Of a DNA stretch of 64,000 nt, positions 37,717 through 48,095 are shown in pieces. Source of the DNA: Myxococcota bacterium (GTDB lineage: Bacteria; Myxococcota_A; UBA9160; SZUA-336); assembly GCA_965247115.1 (NCBI GenBank), contig CBDFGR010000002.1, forward strand, positions 1,216,001 to 1,280,000, written 5' to 3'. How positions within the stretch are numbered: the stretch's first letter is position 1; every line of letters starts with the position of its first letter. The notes under the pieces are model-generated. The model had not been told where the DNA came from. It made no database searches and saw only the letters and a list, made by a program, of their open reading frames with translations. A program made the translations under genes and the position numbers.

Positions 37717-40700
37717 ATGGCCAAACCTGGCGGACGTCGTTCCTATCCAAACGTGGATCCTCAGCCGAGCTTCCCCGAGATCGAGCAGCGGGTGCTCGAC
37801 CGCTGGCGCCGGGACAAGACCTTCCTCGCCTCGCTGGAGGGACGCGCTGCCGGAGAGGACGGCTCCAACGAGTACGTCTTTTTCGATGGTCCCCCGTTCG
37901 CGAACGGGCTGCCGCATTACGGTCATCTGCTCACGGGGTACGTGAAGGACATCATCCCGCGCTACCAGACGCTCCGCGGGCGCAGGGTGGAGCGTCGCTT
38001 CGGCTGGGATTGCCACGGTCTTCCCGCCGAGCTGGAGGCCGAGCAGGAGCTCGGCATCTCGGGTCGGGTCGCGATCGCGGACTACGGCATCGAGCGCTTC
38101 AACGAGTACTGCCGCACGTCAGTGCTGCGGTACACGGAGGCGTGGCAGGAGTCCGTCACGCGGCAGGCCCGCTGGGTCGACTTCAAGCACGACTACAAGA
38201 CGATGGACCTCTCCTACATGGAGAGCATCATCTGGGCGTTCAAGCAGCTCTGGGACAAGGACCTCATCTACGAAGGCTATCGCGTCATGCCCTACTCGTG
38301 GGCGGCGCAGACCCCGCTTTCGAACTTCGAGACCCGCCTCGACGACTCGTATCGAGAGCGCCAGGATCCCGCCATCACCGTTCGCGTCGCACTCGAGCCG
38401 GATTCGGGAGATGGAGGACCGACGGATCTCCTGGTGTGGACGACGACGCCCTGGACCCTCCCCTCGAACCTCGCGATCGCAGTGGGCCCGGAGATCGAGT
38501 ACGCCGTTTTCGAGCTCGAAGGACGTCGCCTGATCCTGGGGGAGGGTACAGTCGCCAAGTACGAATCCCGACTCCAGGACGCGCGCCGCGTCGGCAGCAT
38601 CCGCGGGCGCGAGCTGGCCGGCCGCCGCTACGTACCGCTCTATCCCTGGTTCGAGAGCAACCCGCGCAGCTTCCGGATCCTTGCCGCGGAGTTCGTCGAC
38701 ACCGAGGAGGGTACGGGGGTCGTGCATCTGGCGCCGGGTTTCGGCGAGGAGGACCTCGAGATCTGCAACGGCGCCGAGATTCCCGTTGTGTGCCCCGTCG
38801 ACATCGACGGAAAGTTCACGAGCGAGGTGCCAGCCTACGAGGGCCAGCTGGTCTTCGACGCAAATCGCCCCATCATCCGGGAGCTGCAGGCGCGAGGCGC
38901 GCTGTTCAGCGAAGACAGCTACCTGCACAACTACCCGCACTGCTGGCGCACGGGAGAGCCGCTCATCTACAGGGCCATGAGCTCGTGGTTCGTCAAGGTC
39001 ACGGCCCTCCGCGAGCGGATGCTGGAGCTGAACCAGCAGATCCGCTGGGTGCCCGAGCACATCCGCGACGGGCAGTTTGGCCGCTGGCTCGAGGGCGCGC
39101 GCGACTGGTCCATCAGTCGCAACCGCTTCTGGGGCTCGCCCATCCCGGTCTGGCGCAGCGATAACCCAGCACATCCCCGGATCGACGTCTACGGGAGCCT
39201 GGACGAGCTCGAGACCGACTTCGGCGTCCGGCTCCACGACCTGCACAGGCCGGGGATCGACGAGCTCGTGCGGCCGAATCCGGACGATCCCAGCGGACGC
39301 AGCATGATGCGCAGGGTGCCAGACGTGCTCGACTGCTGGTTCGAGTCCGGCTCCATGCCCTACGCCCAGGTGCACTATCCCTTCGAGAACAGCGACTGGT
39401 TCGAGAAGCACTTCCCCGCGGACTTCATCGTCGAGTACATCGCCCAGACCCGCGGCTGGTTCTACACGCTCATGGTGCTGTCGACCGCGCTGTTCGACAA
39501 GCCGCCCTTTACGAACTGCATCTGCCACGGCGTGGTGCTCGACGAGAACGGCAAGAAGCTCAGCAAGAGCCTGCGCAACTACCCAAACCCCGATGAGATG
39601 TTCGACACCTATGGCGCAGACGCACTGCGCTGGTTTCTCGTCGCCTCGCCGATCCTGCGCGGGAGCGACCTCCAGATCGATCGGGAGGGCCAGGCGATCC
39701 GCGAGGTCGTACGCCTCGTTCTCAAGCCCATCTGGAACTCCTACAGCTTCTTCTGCCTGTACGCGAACGCGGAGAACATCCGGGCCGCGTTCGGCACCGA
39801 CTCCGAGCAGCTGCTGGACCGTTACTTGGTCGCAAAGACGCGAGACCTGGTGGACGGTGTAGCCGAGGATTTCGACGCGTACGACATCCCGGCAGCCTGT
39901 CAGCGGATCACGAGCTTCATCGACGCGCTCAACAACTGGTACATCCGTCGCAGCCGACCGCGCTTCTGGAGTCAGGAGAAGAGCGCGGACAAGATCGACG
40001 CCTACAACACGCTCTACACAGTGATGCACGTGCTGCTCCGCGCCGCTAGCCCGCTGCTTCCGCTGATCAGCGAGGAGATCTTCAAGGGACTCACGGGGGA
40101 GCGCAGCGTCCACCTGTGCGATTGGCCGGACGCCAGCGCGCTAACCCGTGACGCCGAGCTTGTAGCGTCGATGGATCGTGTTCGCGAGATCTGCTCCACC
40201 GCGCTGGCGCTGCGCCGGGCGCACGACGTGCGGGTGCGCCAGCCCCTGCGTGGCCTCACGGTCGCGGGCAGCGACCTCGGAGGACTGGCATCGCTCACCG
40301 ACCTGATCCGCGACGAGGTCAACGTGAAGGAGGTCGTGCTCACTCCGGAGATCGACCGCTACGCGAGCTTCCGGTTGCAGGTGAACGCGCGGGCGCTCGG
40401 GAGTCGCCTCGGCAAGAAGATGCAAGACGTCATCAAGTGCGCGAAGGCGGGAGAATGGGCTCGGCTCGACGGCGGACGCGTCGAGGTCGCCGGGGAGATC
40501 CTCGAGGAAGGCAACTTCAGCCTCAAGCTCGACGCGAAGAAAGACGTCGCCTGCCAGGCGCTGGGATCGAACGACGCGATCGTGATCCTGGATCTGGAGC
40601 TCGATGTCGAGCTCGAGCAGGAAGGGCAAGCCCGCGACATCGTGCGCGCCGTTCAGCAGGCGCGCCGAGATGCAGACTTGCACGTCGTCGACCGCATTCA

Positions 40701-40890
40701 CCTGGTGCTCGACGTTCCAGAGGGCTGGGAAGACGCGGCGAGCCGCTTCGGCGATTACATCGCCGAGCAGACATTGGCGCTGCAGCTCGACGTCTCGGCC
40801 AGCGCCGCCGACTCGAGCTTCGCGCGTCACGACGCATCTGTCAGCGGGCAACCGATCGGCATCAGCTTGAAGGTCCTACCGAGCCCGTAG
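37717..40890 (+). CDS. ileS: Isoleucyl-tRNA synthetase (type 2)
   Basis: DGPPFANGLPHYGH, GWDCHGLP, WTTTPWTLPSN, DWSISRNR, KLSKS. Confidence 0.97.
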   Translation: MAKPGGRRSYPNVDPQPSFPEIEQRVLDRWRRDKTFLASLEGRAAGEDGSNEYVFFDGPPFANGLPHYGHLLTGYVKDIIPRYQTLRGRRVERRFGWDCHGLPAELEAEQELGISGRVAIADYGIERFNEYCRTSVLRYTEAWQESVTRQARWVDFKHDYKTMDLSYMESIIWAFKQLWDKDLIYEGYRVMPYSWAAQTPLSNFETRLDDSYRERQDPAITVRVALEPDSGDGGPTDLLVWTTTPWTLPSNLAIAVGPEIEYAVFELEGRRLILGEGTVAKYESRLQDARRVGSIRGRELAGRRYVPLYPWFESNPRSFRILAAEFVDTEEGTGVVHLAPGFGEEDLEICNGAEIPVVCPVDIDGKFTSEVPAYEGQLVFDANRPIIRELQARGALFSEDSYLHNYPHCWRTGEPLIYRAMSSWFVKVTALRERMLELNQQIRWVPEHIRDGQFGRWLEGARDWSISRNRFWGSPIPVWRSDNPAHPRIDVYGSLDELETDFGVRLHDLHRPGIDELVRPNPDDPSGRSMMRRVPDVLDCWFESGSMPYAQVHYPFENSDWFEKHFPADFIVEYIAQTRGWFYTLMVLSTALFDKPPFTNCICHGVVLDENGKKLSKSLRNYPNPDEMFDTYGADALRWFLVASPILRGSDLQIDREGQAIREVVRLVLKPIWNSYSFFCLYANAENIRAAFGTDSEQLLDRYLVAKTRDLVDGVAEDFDAYDIPAACQRITSFIDALNNWYIRRSRPRFWSQEKSADKIDAYNTLYTVMHVLLRAASPLLPLISEEIFKGLTGERSVHLCDWPDASALTRDAELVASMDRVREICSTALALRRAHDVRVRQPLRGLTVAGSDLGGLASLTDLIRDEVNVKEVVLTPEIDRYASFRLQVNARALGSRLGKKMQDVIKCAKAGEWARLDGGRVEVAGEILEEGNFSLKLDAKKDVACQALGSNDAIVILDLELDVELEQEGQARDIVRAVQQARRDADLHVVDRIHLVLDVPEGWEDAASRFGDYIAEQTLALQLDVSASAADSSFARHDASVSGQPIGISLKVLPSP

Positions 40891-40971
40891 CTCGCTGAGC
40901 TCCGATTCGCATGGCGCCCAGGAGCACTGGTAGGATGACGAGCGTCCAACACCGAGAGGAGAGAGCCCAGC

Positions 40972-41781
40972 ATGTCCGAGCGCGTATCGATCGAGATCAA
41001 AGACGGGATCGCCGACGTTCGCCTGAACCGACCGGAGAAGATGAACGCGATCGACGCCGCCATGTTCAACGGGCTCGTTGCTGCCGGCCGAAAGCTCGCC
41101 GAAGACGCGTCTGTGCGCGTCGTCGTCCTCTCTGGAGAGGGTCGCGCGTTCTGTGCGGGTCTCGACTTCTCGAGCTTCCAGGCCATGGAAGGCTCCGAGC
41201 GGGACGAGAATGTCGAGAGCGTCTTCGGGCGCGACGGTGAGAGTCCCGCAAATGCGGGTCAGCGGGCTGCCTTCATCTGGCAGGAGCTTCCGATGCCGGT
41301 GATCGCCGCTGTGCACGGACCCGCTTTCGGCGGCGGCCTGCAGATCGCGCTGGGCGCCGACATCCGCTACGTGCGGCCTGACGCTCAGCTCTCGGTCATG
41401 GAGGTCAAGTGGGGACTCGTGCCCGACATAAGCGGCACGCAGACACTACGGCACATCACCTCGCTCGACGTGGTGAAGGAGCTGGCCTTCACGGGCAGGG
41501 TCATCAACGGCACAGAGGCCGTGAAGCTTGGCCTCGCGACCCGCGTCGCCGAAAACCCCCGGGAGGAGGCCATGGAGACGGCGCGTGAGATCGCCTCCAA
41601 GTCCCCAGACGCCATCCGTGCGATAAAGCGTCTCCTGAACGACTCCGTGCAGTCGACGCTCGCAGACGGCCTCCAGCTCGAAGCCAAGCTCCAAGCCTCG
41701 CTCATCGGCCGCCCGAACCAAACCGAAGCCGTAAAGGCAAACCTGGCCCGCCGCGACCCAAACTTCGAAGACCCCACCTAG
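40972..41781 (+). CDS. Enoyl-CoA hydratase/crotonase family protein
   Basis: LNRPEKMNA, AFCAGLD, GGGLQIALGADIR. Confidence 0.92.
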   Translation: MSERVSIEIKDGIADVRLNRPEKMNAIDAAMFNGLVAAGRKLAEDASVRVVVLSGEGRAFCAGLDFSSFQAMEGSERDENVESVFGRDGESPANAGQRAAFIWQELPMPVIAAVHGPAFGGGLQIALGADIRYVRPDAQLSVMEVKWGLVPDISGTQTLRHITSLDVVKELAFTGRVINGTEAVKLGLATRVAENPREEAMETAREIASKSPDAIRAIKRLLNDSVQSTLADGLQLEAKLQASLIGRPNQTEAVKANLARRDPNFEDPT

Positions 41782-41818
41782 CAGCGAACCAAGAAGTTAA
41801 GATTGGGGACGGGGGCAG

Positions 41819-42820
41819 CTAGCCCGGCTGCACGCCCGCAACGACGTTCTCGAGCGGCTGTTTGCGGGCCCAGCACTCCAGGTTTCGCAGGAAGTAGGCG
41901 GCCTGACGGCCGCGGTTGCCGAGCGCGCCGCCCGCGCCGTGGGGTGACACGATCACGTTTGGGAGCTCCCACAGCGGGGATTCCTGTGGGAGCGGCTCGA
42001 CCTCGAACACGTCCAGGTAGGCGCCGGCAACGTGGCTGGAGCGCAGCGCTTCGATCAGCGCTGACTCCTCGATCACCTCGCCGCGGGCGATGTTGAGCAC
42101 GTGCGCTCCCTCGGGAAGCCGCGCGATCGCCGTCGAGTCGATCAGGCAGCGCGTCTCGTCGTTGAGGGAGCACGCCAGCGCTAGCCAGTCCGCGCGCGGC
42201 AGGACCTCGTGCAGCCGGCTCGGGTGCACGAGGTCGTCGACCGGATCCTCCGATCGCCGGGGGCTCCTGCGGACTCCGATCACATGGAGGCCGAGGCTTC
42301 GGCCAAGTCGCGCGATCTCCGAGCCGATCGAGCCCAGGCCCACGACCACCAGCGTCTGGTCTGCGAGGTCAACCGGCACCTCGCGTCCGGAGAAGGGTGG
42401 CCACTCGCGCCGGCTCTGGGCGCGTTGCCAGCGCGGGAAGCCACGCGCGAGCATCAGCAGCCCACCGATCAGCGTCTGCGCGATCGGCACCGCGCTGGCC
42501 CCCGCCGAGTTCGTGAGCAGGATGCCCCCTTCGATGAAGCGCTGGAAGACGGCATGATCCGTCCCCACGTTGAACACGTGGAGCCAGCGCAGCCGCGGCG
42601 AACTGCTCGCTGCGGATAAGAACGCCGGCGAGAGCTCCGGAAACATGTCTGCAGAGAAGTGGGCGATCTCCACGCGTGCAAGCTCCTCGGGATCCACACG
42701 CCCGTCGGGTTCGCTCGGCAACAGGATGCGCTCCAGCGACACGCCCGTCTCCGATTCGATGCTCTCCACCTGGGCGCCGTACTCGCGGAGAAAGCCGCGG
42801 GAGGTGAGGAAGCCCGTCAC
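41819..42820 (-). CDS. D-2-hydroxyacid dehydrogenase
   Basis: VGLGSIG, NIARG, LDVFEVEPL, SPH. Confidence 0.92.
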   Translation of the reverse strand: MTGFLTSRGFLREYGAQVESIESETGVSLERILLPSEPDGRVDPEELARVEIAHFSADMFPELSPAFLSAASSSPRLRWLHVFNVGTDHAVFQRFIEGGILLTNSAGASAVPIAQTLIGGLLMLARGFPRWQRAQSRREWPPFSGREVPVDLADQTLVVVGLGSIGSEIARLGRSLGLHVIGVRRSPRRSEDPVDDLVHPSRLHEVLPRADWLALACSLNDETRCLIDSTAIARLPEGAHVLNIARGEVIEESALIEALRSSHVAGAYLDVFEVEPLPQESPLWELPNVIVSPHGAGGALGNRGRQAAYFLRNLECWARKQPLENVVAGVQPG

Positions 42821-44259
42821 GCGCCGAGCAGCTGCGACAGGATTGCTCGCACTCCGTCCGGGCTCGCCTTGCCGCCGGTGGCTTTCATGACCTGGCCGAC
42901 GAAGAAGTTGAAGAGCTTCTCCTGTCCGGCCCGGTACTTCTCGACCTGCCCGGGATGCTCCTCGATCACGGCACTGGCGATGCGCTTTAGCTCGTCCACG
43001 TCCGAGACCGCCTCGAGGCCAGACCCGCGCATGATCGTCTCGGGCCGCTCGCCGCTCCGCGTCATCTCGAAGAAGATCTCGCGCGCGCTCGTTGCCGTAA
43101 CCCGACCGGCATCGAGCAGACCGAGCAGCTCTACCAGGTGCTTGGGCGTGATCGGGAGCCCGTCGAGCGAGGCTCCGGACTCGCCAAGCACGGCGAGCAG
43201 GCTGCGCATGATCCAGTGGGAGACCTGCTTGGCGTCCCCCCCGAGCGCAACAGCGCTCTCGAAGAACTCGGCCACTTCCCGATCCTCAGTCAGGACTTGT
43301 GCCTCGGCGTGAGGGAGTCGGTACTCGCTCGCATAGCGCGCCCGCTTCTCATGCGGCAGCTCCGGTAAGTCGCGGCGCAGGGCCTCGACCCACTCCTCGG
43401 TGAGAGCGAGCGGGGGCAGGTCCGGATCGGGGAAGTAGCGGTAGTCGTCGGCCTCCTCCTTGCCCCGCAGCGGGCGCGACTCGCCCGCGCTCTCGTCCCA
43501 GTTACGTGTCTCCTGCACGACCTCGCCCCCGTCCTCGAGCAGGTCACTCTGGCGTTCGATCTCGTGAGCGAGCGCCTTCTCGACGAATTTGAAGGAGTTC
43601 AGGTTCTTGAGCTCGACCCTTGTTCCGAGCTCCCTCTGGCCGCGAGGGCGCACGGACACGTTCGCGTCGCAGCGGAAGTTCCCCTTCTCCATGTCTGCAT
43701 CGGACACGCCGAGGTAGCGGAGGATGCTTCGCAGGCTGCGCAAGTAGGCCCCCGCCTCCTCCGGACTCTTCATGACAGGCTCGGAGACGATCTCGATCAG
43801 AGGAACGCCGGCGCGGTTCAGGTCGACGAAGGTCGTTCCGGCGGTGATGGCGTCGTCGTGGATGTTCTTCGCCGCATCTTCTTCCATGTGGATCCGCGTC
43901 AGCGCGACGGCGGAACTCTCTCCATCGAGCTCGATCGGAACGGCGCCCCCGGTCGAAAAGGGCTGCTCGAACTGCGAGATCTGGTAGCCCTTTGGCAGGT
44001 CCGGGTAGAAGTAGTGCTTGCGGGCAAAGATCGAGACGGGGCGGATCTCGCAGTCGAGAGCCAAGGCCGCGCGCACCGCGAGCTCGACGGCGCGTTCGTT
44101 GATCACGGGCAGCACCCCCGGCATGCCGACGTCCACCTCGGTGGTCCGTGTATTCGGCTCGCCCCCGAACTCATTCGGCGCGGAGCTGAAGAGCTTTGCT
44201 CGGGTCTTCAGCTGCGCATGAACCTCGAGGCCAATGACCGCTTCCCAGCTCGTCGTCAC
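42817..44259 (-). CDS. gatB: Asp/Glu-tRNA amidotransferase subunit B
   Basis: IGLEVH, YFYPDLPKGYQISQ, NRAGVPL.EIV, RCDANVS, YRYFPDPDL. Confidence 0.97.
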   Translation of the reverse strand: MTTSWEAVIGLEVHAQLKTRAKLFSSAPNEFGGEPNTRTTEVDVGMPGVLPVINERAVELAVRAALALDCEIRPVSIFARKHYFYPDLPKGYQISQFEQPFSTGGAVPIELDGESSAVALTRIHMEEDAAKNIHDDAITAGTTFVDLNRAGVPLIEIVSEPVMKSPEEAGAYLRSLRSILRYLGVSDADMEKGNFRCDANVSVRPRGQRELGTRVELKNLNSFKFVEKALAHEIERQSDLLEDGGEVVQETRNWDESAGESRPLRGKEEADDYRYFPDPDLPPLALTEEWVEALRRDLPELPHEKRARYASEYRLPHAEAQVLTEDREVAEFFESAVALGGDAKQVSHWIMRSLLAVLGESGASLDGLPITPKHLVELLGLLDAGRVTATSAREIFFEMTRSGERPETIMRGSGLEAVSDVDELKRIASAVIEEHPGQVEKYRAGQEKLFNFFVGQVMKATGGKASPDGVRAILSQLLGA

Positions 44260-44269
44260 GCACACACCC

Positions 44270-46882
44270 TCAAAGCACGATATTCAGAAGCCGCCCTGGA
44301 ACGTATACCACCCGGCGCGGCTCCTTGGAGTCGACGTGCCTGGCGACGTTCTCGTTCTCGACGGCAAGGGCGTAGGCGCTGCTCTCGTCGGCATCGGCGG
44401 GGACACGAACGCGCGCTCGCATCTTCCCCTGAACCTGGACACTGATCTCGACCTCTTCCTCGACGAGCAGCAGGGCGTCCGCCTCCGGCCACTCCGCGTA
44501 GGTGATCGACGTTTTGTGCCCGAGTGCCTCCCAGAGCTCCTCGCACAGGTGCGGGGCCATCGGACCGAGCAGCCTCAGAAAGGTCTCCCCGAGCCCGCGC
44601 GGTAGCGGCGCATCCCTGTCGACGTCGCGGACGAACACCATGAGCGCAGAGATCGCAGTGTTGAAGCTGAGCTTCTCGAAGTCCTCGGTTACCTTGTGCA
44701 CGGTCCTTGCCAGGAGCTTTCGCTGCGCCTCGCTGCCCTCCCCCTCTGGCAGCTCGCGCGCCGCGTCCGCGTCGTCGATGAAGAGCCGGTACACACGCTG
44801 TAAGAAGCGCGCCACCCCGGGAATGCCCTCCGTCGACCAGGGCGCTGCCTTTGCAAGCGGTCCGATGAACATCTCGAAGAGTCGCAGGGAGTCCGCGCCG
44901 AACTCCTCGATCACGTCGTTGGGGTTCACGACGTTGCCACGGCTCTTCGCCATCCGCTCGATTACCTCTTCCAGAGCGATGTCGGTATCGGGTGCGAGTG
45001 GGTGCTCCGGATCTGCCCAGCGCACGTCCTTTGGGTCCACCCAGAGCTCGCGCAGCTCCCGTCCCGAGCCGACGTGAACGGGCGTCTCGCTTTCGTAGCG
45101 CACGTCGGCGGAGGAATAGTACTTGGGACCATCGTCGGTCTCCTCGCCGAAGTAGCGGTAGCTCTTTCCCTGGATCATTCCAGGACTGAGCAGCTTCTGG
45201 AACGGCTCCAGCGTCGAGACCAACCCGAGGTCGTAGAGGACCTTGTGCCAGAAACGGGCGTAGAGCAGGTGCAGCACGGCGTGCTCGGCGCCACCGACGT
45301 ACAGATCGACGTTCATCCAGTACTTCTCGGCCTCGCTCGAGCAGGCCACCTGGTCGTTGTTCGGATCGCAGAAGCGCAAGTAGTACCAGCAGCTCCCGGC
45401 CCACTGGGGCATGGTGTTCGCATCGCGCTTTGCCGGCGCACCCGTGTCGGGGTCCGTGGTCTCGATCCACTCCCTGACCCGCGCGAGCGGCGGCTCGAAG
45501 TCTCCCGAAGGACGGAAGTCCTCGAGCTCCGGCAGCAGCACGGGCAGCTCGTCCTCGGGCACGAGCTTTGTCGTGCCGTCCTCCAGGTGGAGGACCGGGA
45601 AGGGCTCCCCCCAGTAACGCTGCCTGCTGAAGATCCAATCGCGCAGCTTGTAGTTGATGGCGCGCTCGCCCTTGCCCTGCTGCTCGAGCCACTCGATCAT
45701 CGCGGCCTTGGCGCGGCTCGTCTCGAGCCCGTCCAAAAAGCCCGAGTTCAGGGCCACGCCCTCACCCACGAAGGCCTCGCGCGAGATGTCGCCTCCGGAG
45801 ACCACCTCGACAATGGGTAGGTCGCAGCTCCGCGCAAACTCGTAGTCCCGCGTGTCGTGGCCCGGGACGGCCATGATCGCGCCCGAGCCGTAGGAGATGA
45901 GCACGTAGTCCGCGACCCACACCGGGATCTTCGCGTCGTTCACCGGATTGATCGCATACCCGCCAGTGAACACTCCGGTCTTTGCTCGCGCCTCTGCCAT
46001 GCGGGAGCGCTCACTCTTACGGCCGGAGGCCTCCAGATAGTCGCGAACGGCGCCGCGCTGATCATCGGTGGTGATCGCGTCAATCAGGGGGTGCTCGGGC
46101 GCGAGGACCATGTATGTGGCCCCGAACAAGGTGTCTGGCCGCGTCGTGAAGATCTCGATCGGGTCCTCGTCGAGCTCTACCAGGGGGAACTTTACGCGGG
46201 CTCCCTCGGAGCGTCCGATCCAATCGATCTGCATCTTGCGGATCGATTCCGGCCAATCGACCCCGTCCAGGTCATCGATCAGCCGATCCGCGTAGGCCGT
46301 GATCCTGAGCACCCATTGCTTGAGAGGGAGACGCACGACGGGGAAGCCACCGATGTCGCTCTTGCCGTCCCGCACTTCCTCGTTGGCCAGCACGGTCCCC
46401 AGCTCCGGACACCAGTTGACGGGCACCTCCTCCTGGTAGGCAAGCCCGCGCTCGTACAGCTTGCAGAAGATCCACTGCGTCCAGCGCACGTAGCTCGGGT
46501 CGGTCGTGTCGATCTCCCGGTCCCAGTCATACGAGAGGCCCAGCGCCTGCAGCTGCTGCTTGTAGTTGGCTACGTTCGCGGCGGTGGTCATCCGCGGATG
46601 CTGGCCCATGCGCACCGCATGCTGCTCCGCGGGCAGGCCGAACGCGTCCCACCCCATGGGATGCAAGACACTGAAGCCACGCATGCGCTTGTAGCGCGCG
46701 TACACGTCGGTGGCGACGTAGCCCTTCGGATGTCCCACGTGGAGCCCCTCCCCGGACGGATACGGAAACATGTCGAGGATGTAGAGCTTCGGGCGAGTCG
46801 CATCGATCTCGGCCTTGAAGGTGCCCTCCTCGAGCCAGTGCTTCTGCCACTTGGGCTCGATGTCTCGCGGTACGTAAGGCAT
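44270..46882 (-). CDS. leuS: Leucyl-tRNA synthetase
   Basis: MFPYPSG..LHVGH, GWDAFGLPAE, DWIFSRQRYWG, GGAEHAVLHLLY, RMAKS. Confidence 0.97.
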   Translation of the reverse strand: MPYVPRDIEPKWQKHWLEEGTFKAEIDATRPKLYILDMFPYPSGEGLHVGHPKGYVATDVYARYKRMRGFSVLHPMGWDAFGLPAEQHAVRMGQHPRMTTAANVANYKQQLQALGLSYDWDREIDTTDPSYVRWTQWIFCKLYERGLAYQEEVPVNWCPELGTVLANEEVRDGKSDIGGFPVVRLPLKQWVLRITAYADRLIDDLDGVDWPESIRKMQIDWIGRSEGARVKFPLVELDEDPIEIFTTRPDTLFGATYMVLAPEHPLIDAITTDDQRGAVRDYLEASGRKSERSRMAEARAKTGVFTGGYAINPVNDAKIPVWVADYVLISYGSGAIMAVPGHDTRDYEFARSCDLPIVEVVSGGDISREAFVGEGVALNSGFLDGLETSRAKAAMIEWLEQQGKGERAINYKLRDWIFSRQRYWGEPFPVLHLEDGTTKLVPEDELPVLLPELEDFRPSGDFEPPLARVREWIETTDPDTGAPAKRDANTMPQWAGSCWYYLRFCDPNNDQVACSSEAEKYWMNVDLYVGGAEHAVLHLLYARFWHKVLYDLGLVSTLEPFQKLLSPGMIQGKSYRYFGEETDDGPKYYSSADVRYESETPVHVGSGRELRELWVDPKDVRWADPEHPLAPDTDIALEEVIERMAKSRGNVVNPNDVIEEFGADSLRLFEMFIGPLAKAAPWSTEGIPGVARFLQRVYRLFIDDADAARELPEGEGSEAQRKLLARTVHKVTEDFEKLSFNTAISALMVFVRDVDRDAPLPRGLGETFLRLLGPMAPHLCEELWEALGHKTSITYAEWPEADALLLVEEEVEISVQVQGKMRARVRVPADADESSAYALAVENENVARHVDSKEPRRVVYVPGRLLNIVL

Positions 46883-46973
46883 GCGGGGACTTTAGCCGCG
46901 AGCCCGGCTTTTCGCAGCGCACCATTCCGACTAGACTCCGATGGCCGCAACAGCCGGCCCCGGAGGCGCCCCG

Positions 46974-48095
46974 ATGCCCGACGAGAAGAGCGAGGAGCTC
47001 GGCTTCGCGTGGACCTATCCCGAGCTGGGGCCAACCGAGCAGCGTCGCAAGGACGGCCTGCTCCAGCAGCCGATCGAATCTTTGCAGCCATCCAGGACAC
47101 ACACCGTTGCCGACCTGGTGAGGGCCATGTCGGGGATGAGCGTGCAGGCTCGCTGTGTGGGGCAGTGCTACGAAGTGCTCCAGGAAATGCTCCGAGATCC
47201 CGATCGCCCGACCATTCTGCTCGGCCTCGCGGGTCCGTTGATCGCGGGCGGGCTGCGTCAGGTCATCCGCGAGATGATCGAGGGCGGACTCGTCGACGTC
47301 GTTGTCTCCACGGGGGCGATTCTCTACCAGGACGTCTATCAGGCACGGGGCTGGGGCCACTTCCGGGGCTCCTCGGCCGCGGACGACGGCGCCCTGCGAG
47401 ACCTGTACATCGATCGCATCTACGACACGTACGTCGACGAGGTGGGCTTTGGAAAGACGGACTCGTGGATCGGGCTGCTGGCGGACGAACTCGAGCCCGG
47501 GATCTACTCGAGCCGCCAGTTCATGGACGTGCTCGCCGACGCCGTGGACGACCCGGCCTCGATCGTTGCCACGTGTCGGCGTCTCGGGGTGCCGATGTTC
47601 GTGCCTGCCCTCAACGACAGCTCCATCGGCATCGGCCTCACCGAGCACCACCACCGCTGCGTGAAATTCGACCGTCCCGGCATCCACATCGACTCCATCC
47701 AGGACAACTACGAGCTCACACAGATCGTCGTCCAGTCGCCTGCGACGGCCGCGATCTACGTCGCAGGCGGCGTCCCGAAGAACTACATCAACGACTCGGT
47801 GGTCATGAGCTACATCTTCGACCAGGGGGCCGAGGGCCACCGCTACGCGCTGCAGGTCACCACGGCTGTCACTGCGGACGGAGGGCTGTCGAGCTCCACG
47901 CTCGACGAGGCAAAGAGCTGGGGCAAGATCAAGAAGACGGCCGAGCGCGCCATGGCCTGGGTCGAGCCGACGGTCTCGCTGCCCTTGCTGGTGACCGCGG
48001 CCCTTCAGGAGCGGCTCGCGGAGGGCCGCACGCGACTCACGTACTCGTGGAACGGAAAGATTCTCGAGAAGCTCGCCACCGCCGAGCGCAGCTGA
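46974..48095 (+). CDS. Deoxyhypusine synthase-like protein
   Basis: VSTGA, RIYD, DSSIG, GGVPKN, DGGLSS..EAKSWGK. Confidence 0.88.
   Translation: MPDEKSEELGFAWTYPELGPTEQRRKDGLLQQPIESLQPSRTHTVADLVRAMSGMSVQARCVGQCYEVLQEMLRDPDRPTILLGLAGPLIAGGLRQVIREMIEGGLVDVVVSTGAILYQDVYQARGWGHFRGSSAADDGALRDLYIDRIYDTYVDEVGFGKTDSWIGLLADELEPGIYSSRQFMDVLADAVDDPASIVATCRRLGVPMFVPALNDSSIGIGLTEHHHRCVKFDRPGIHIDSIQDNYELTQIVVQSPATAAIYVAGGVPKNYINDSVVMSYIFDQGAEGHRYALQVTTAVTADGGLSSSTLDEAKSWGKIKKTAERAMAWVEPTVSLPLLVTAALQERLAEGRTRLTYSWNGKILEKLATAERS

Noticed and set aside
38119..40113. 664-aa minus-strand ORF and similar long antisense ORFs (e.g. 1609-3042, 16393-17544, 35371-36981)
   Set aside because: Antisense shadows of well-supported genes.
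45857..48094. Apparent 1021-aa fusion ORF (45857-48922)
   Set aside because: Only 48095-48922 is the sulfurtransferase; the rest overlaps leuS antisense and the DHS-like gene out of frame.
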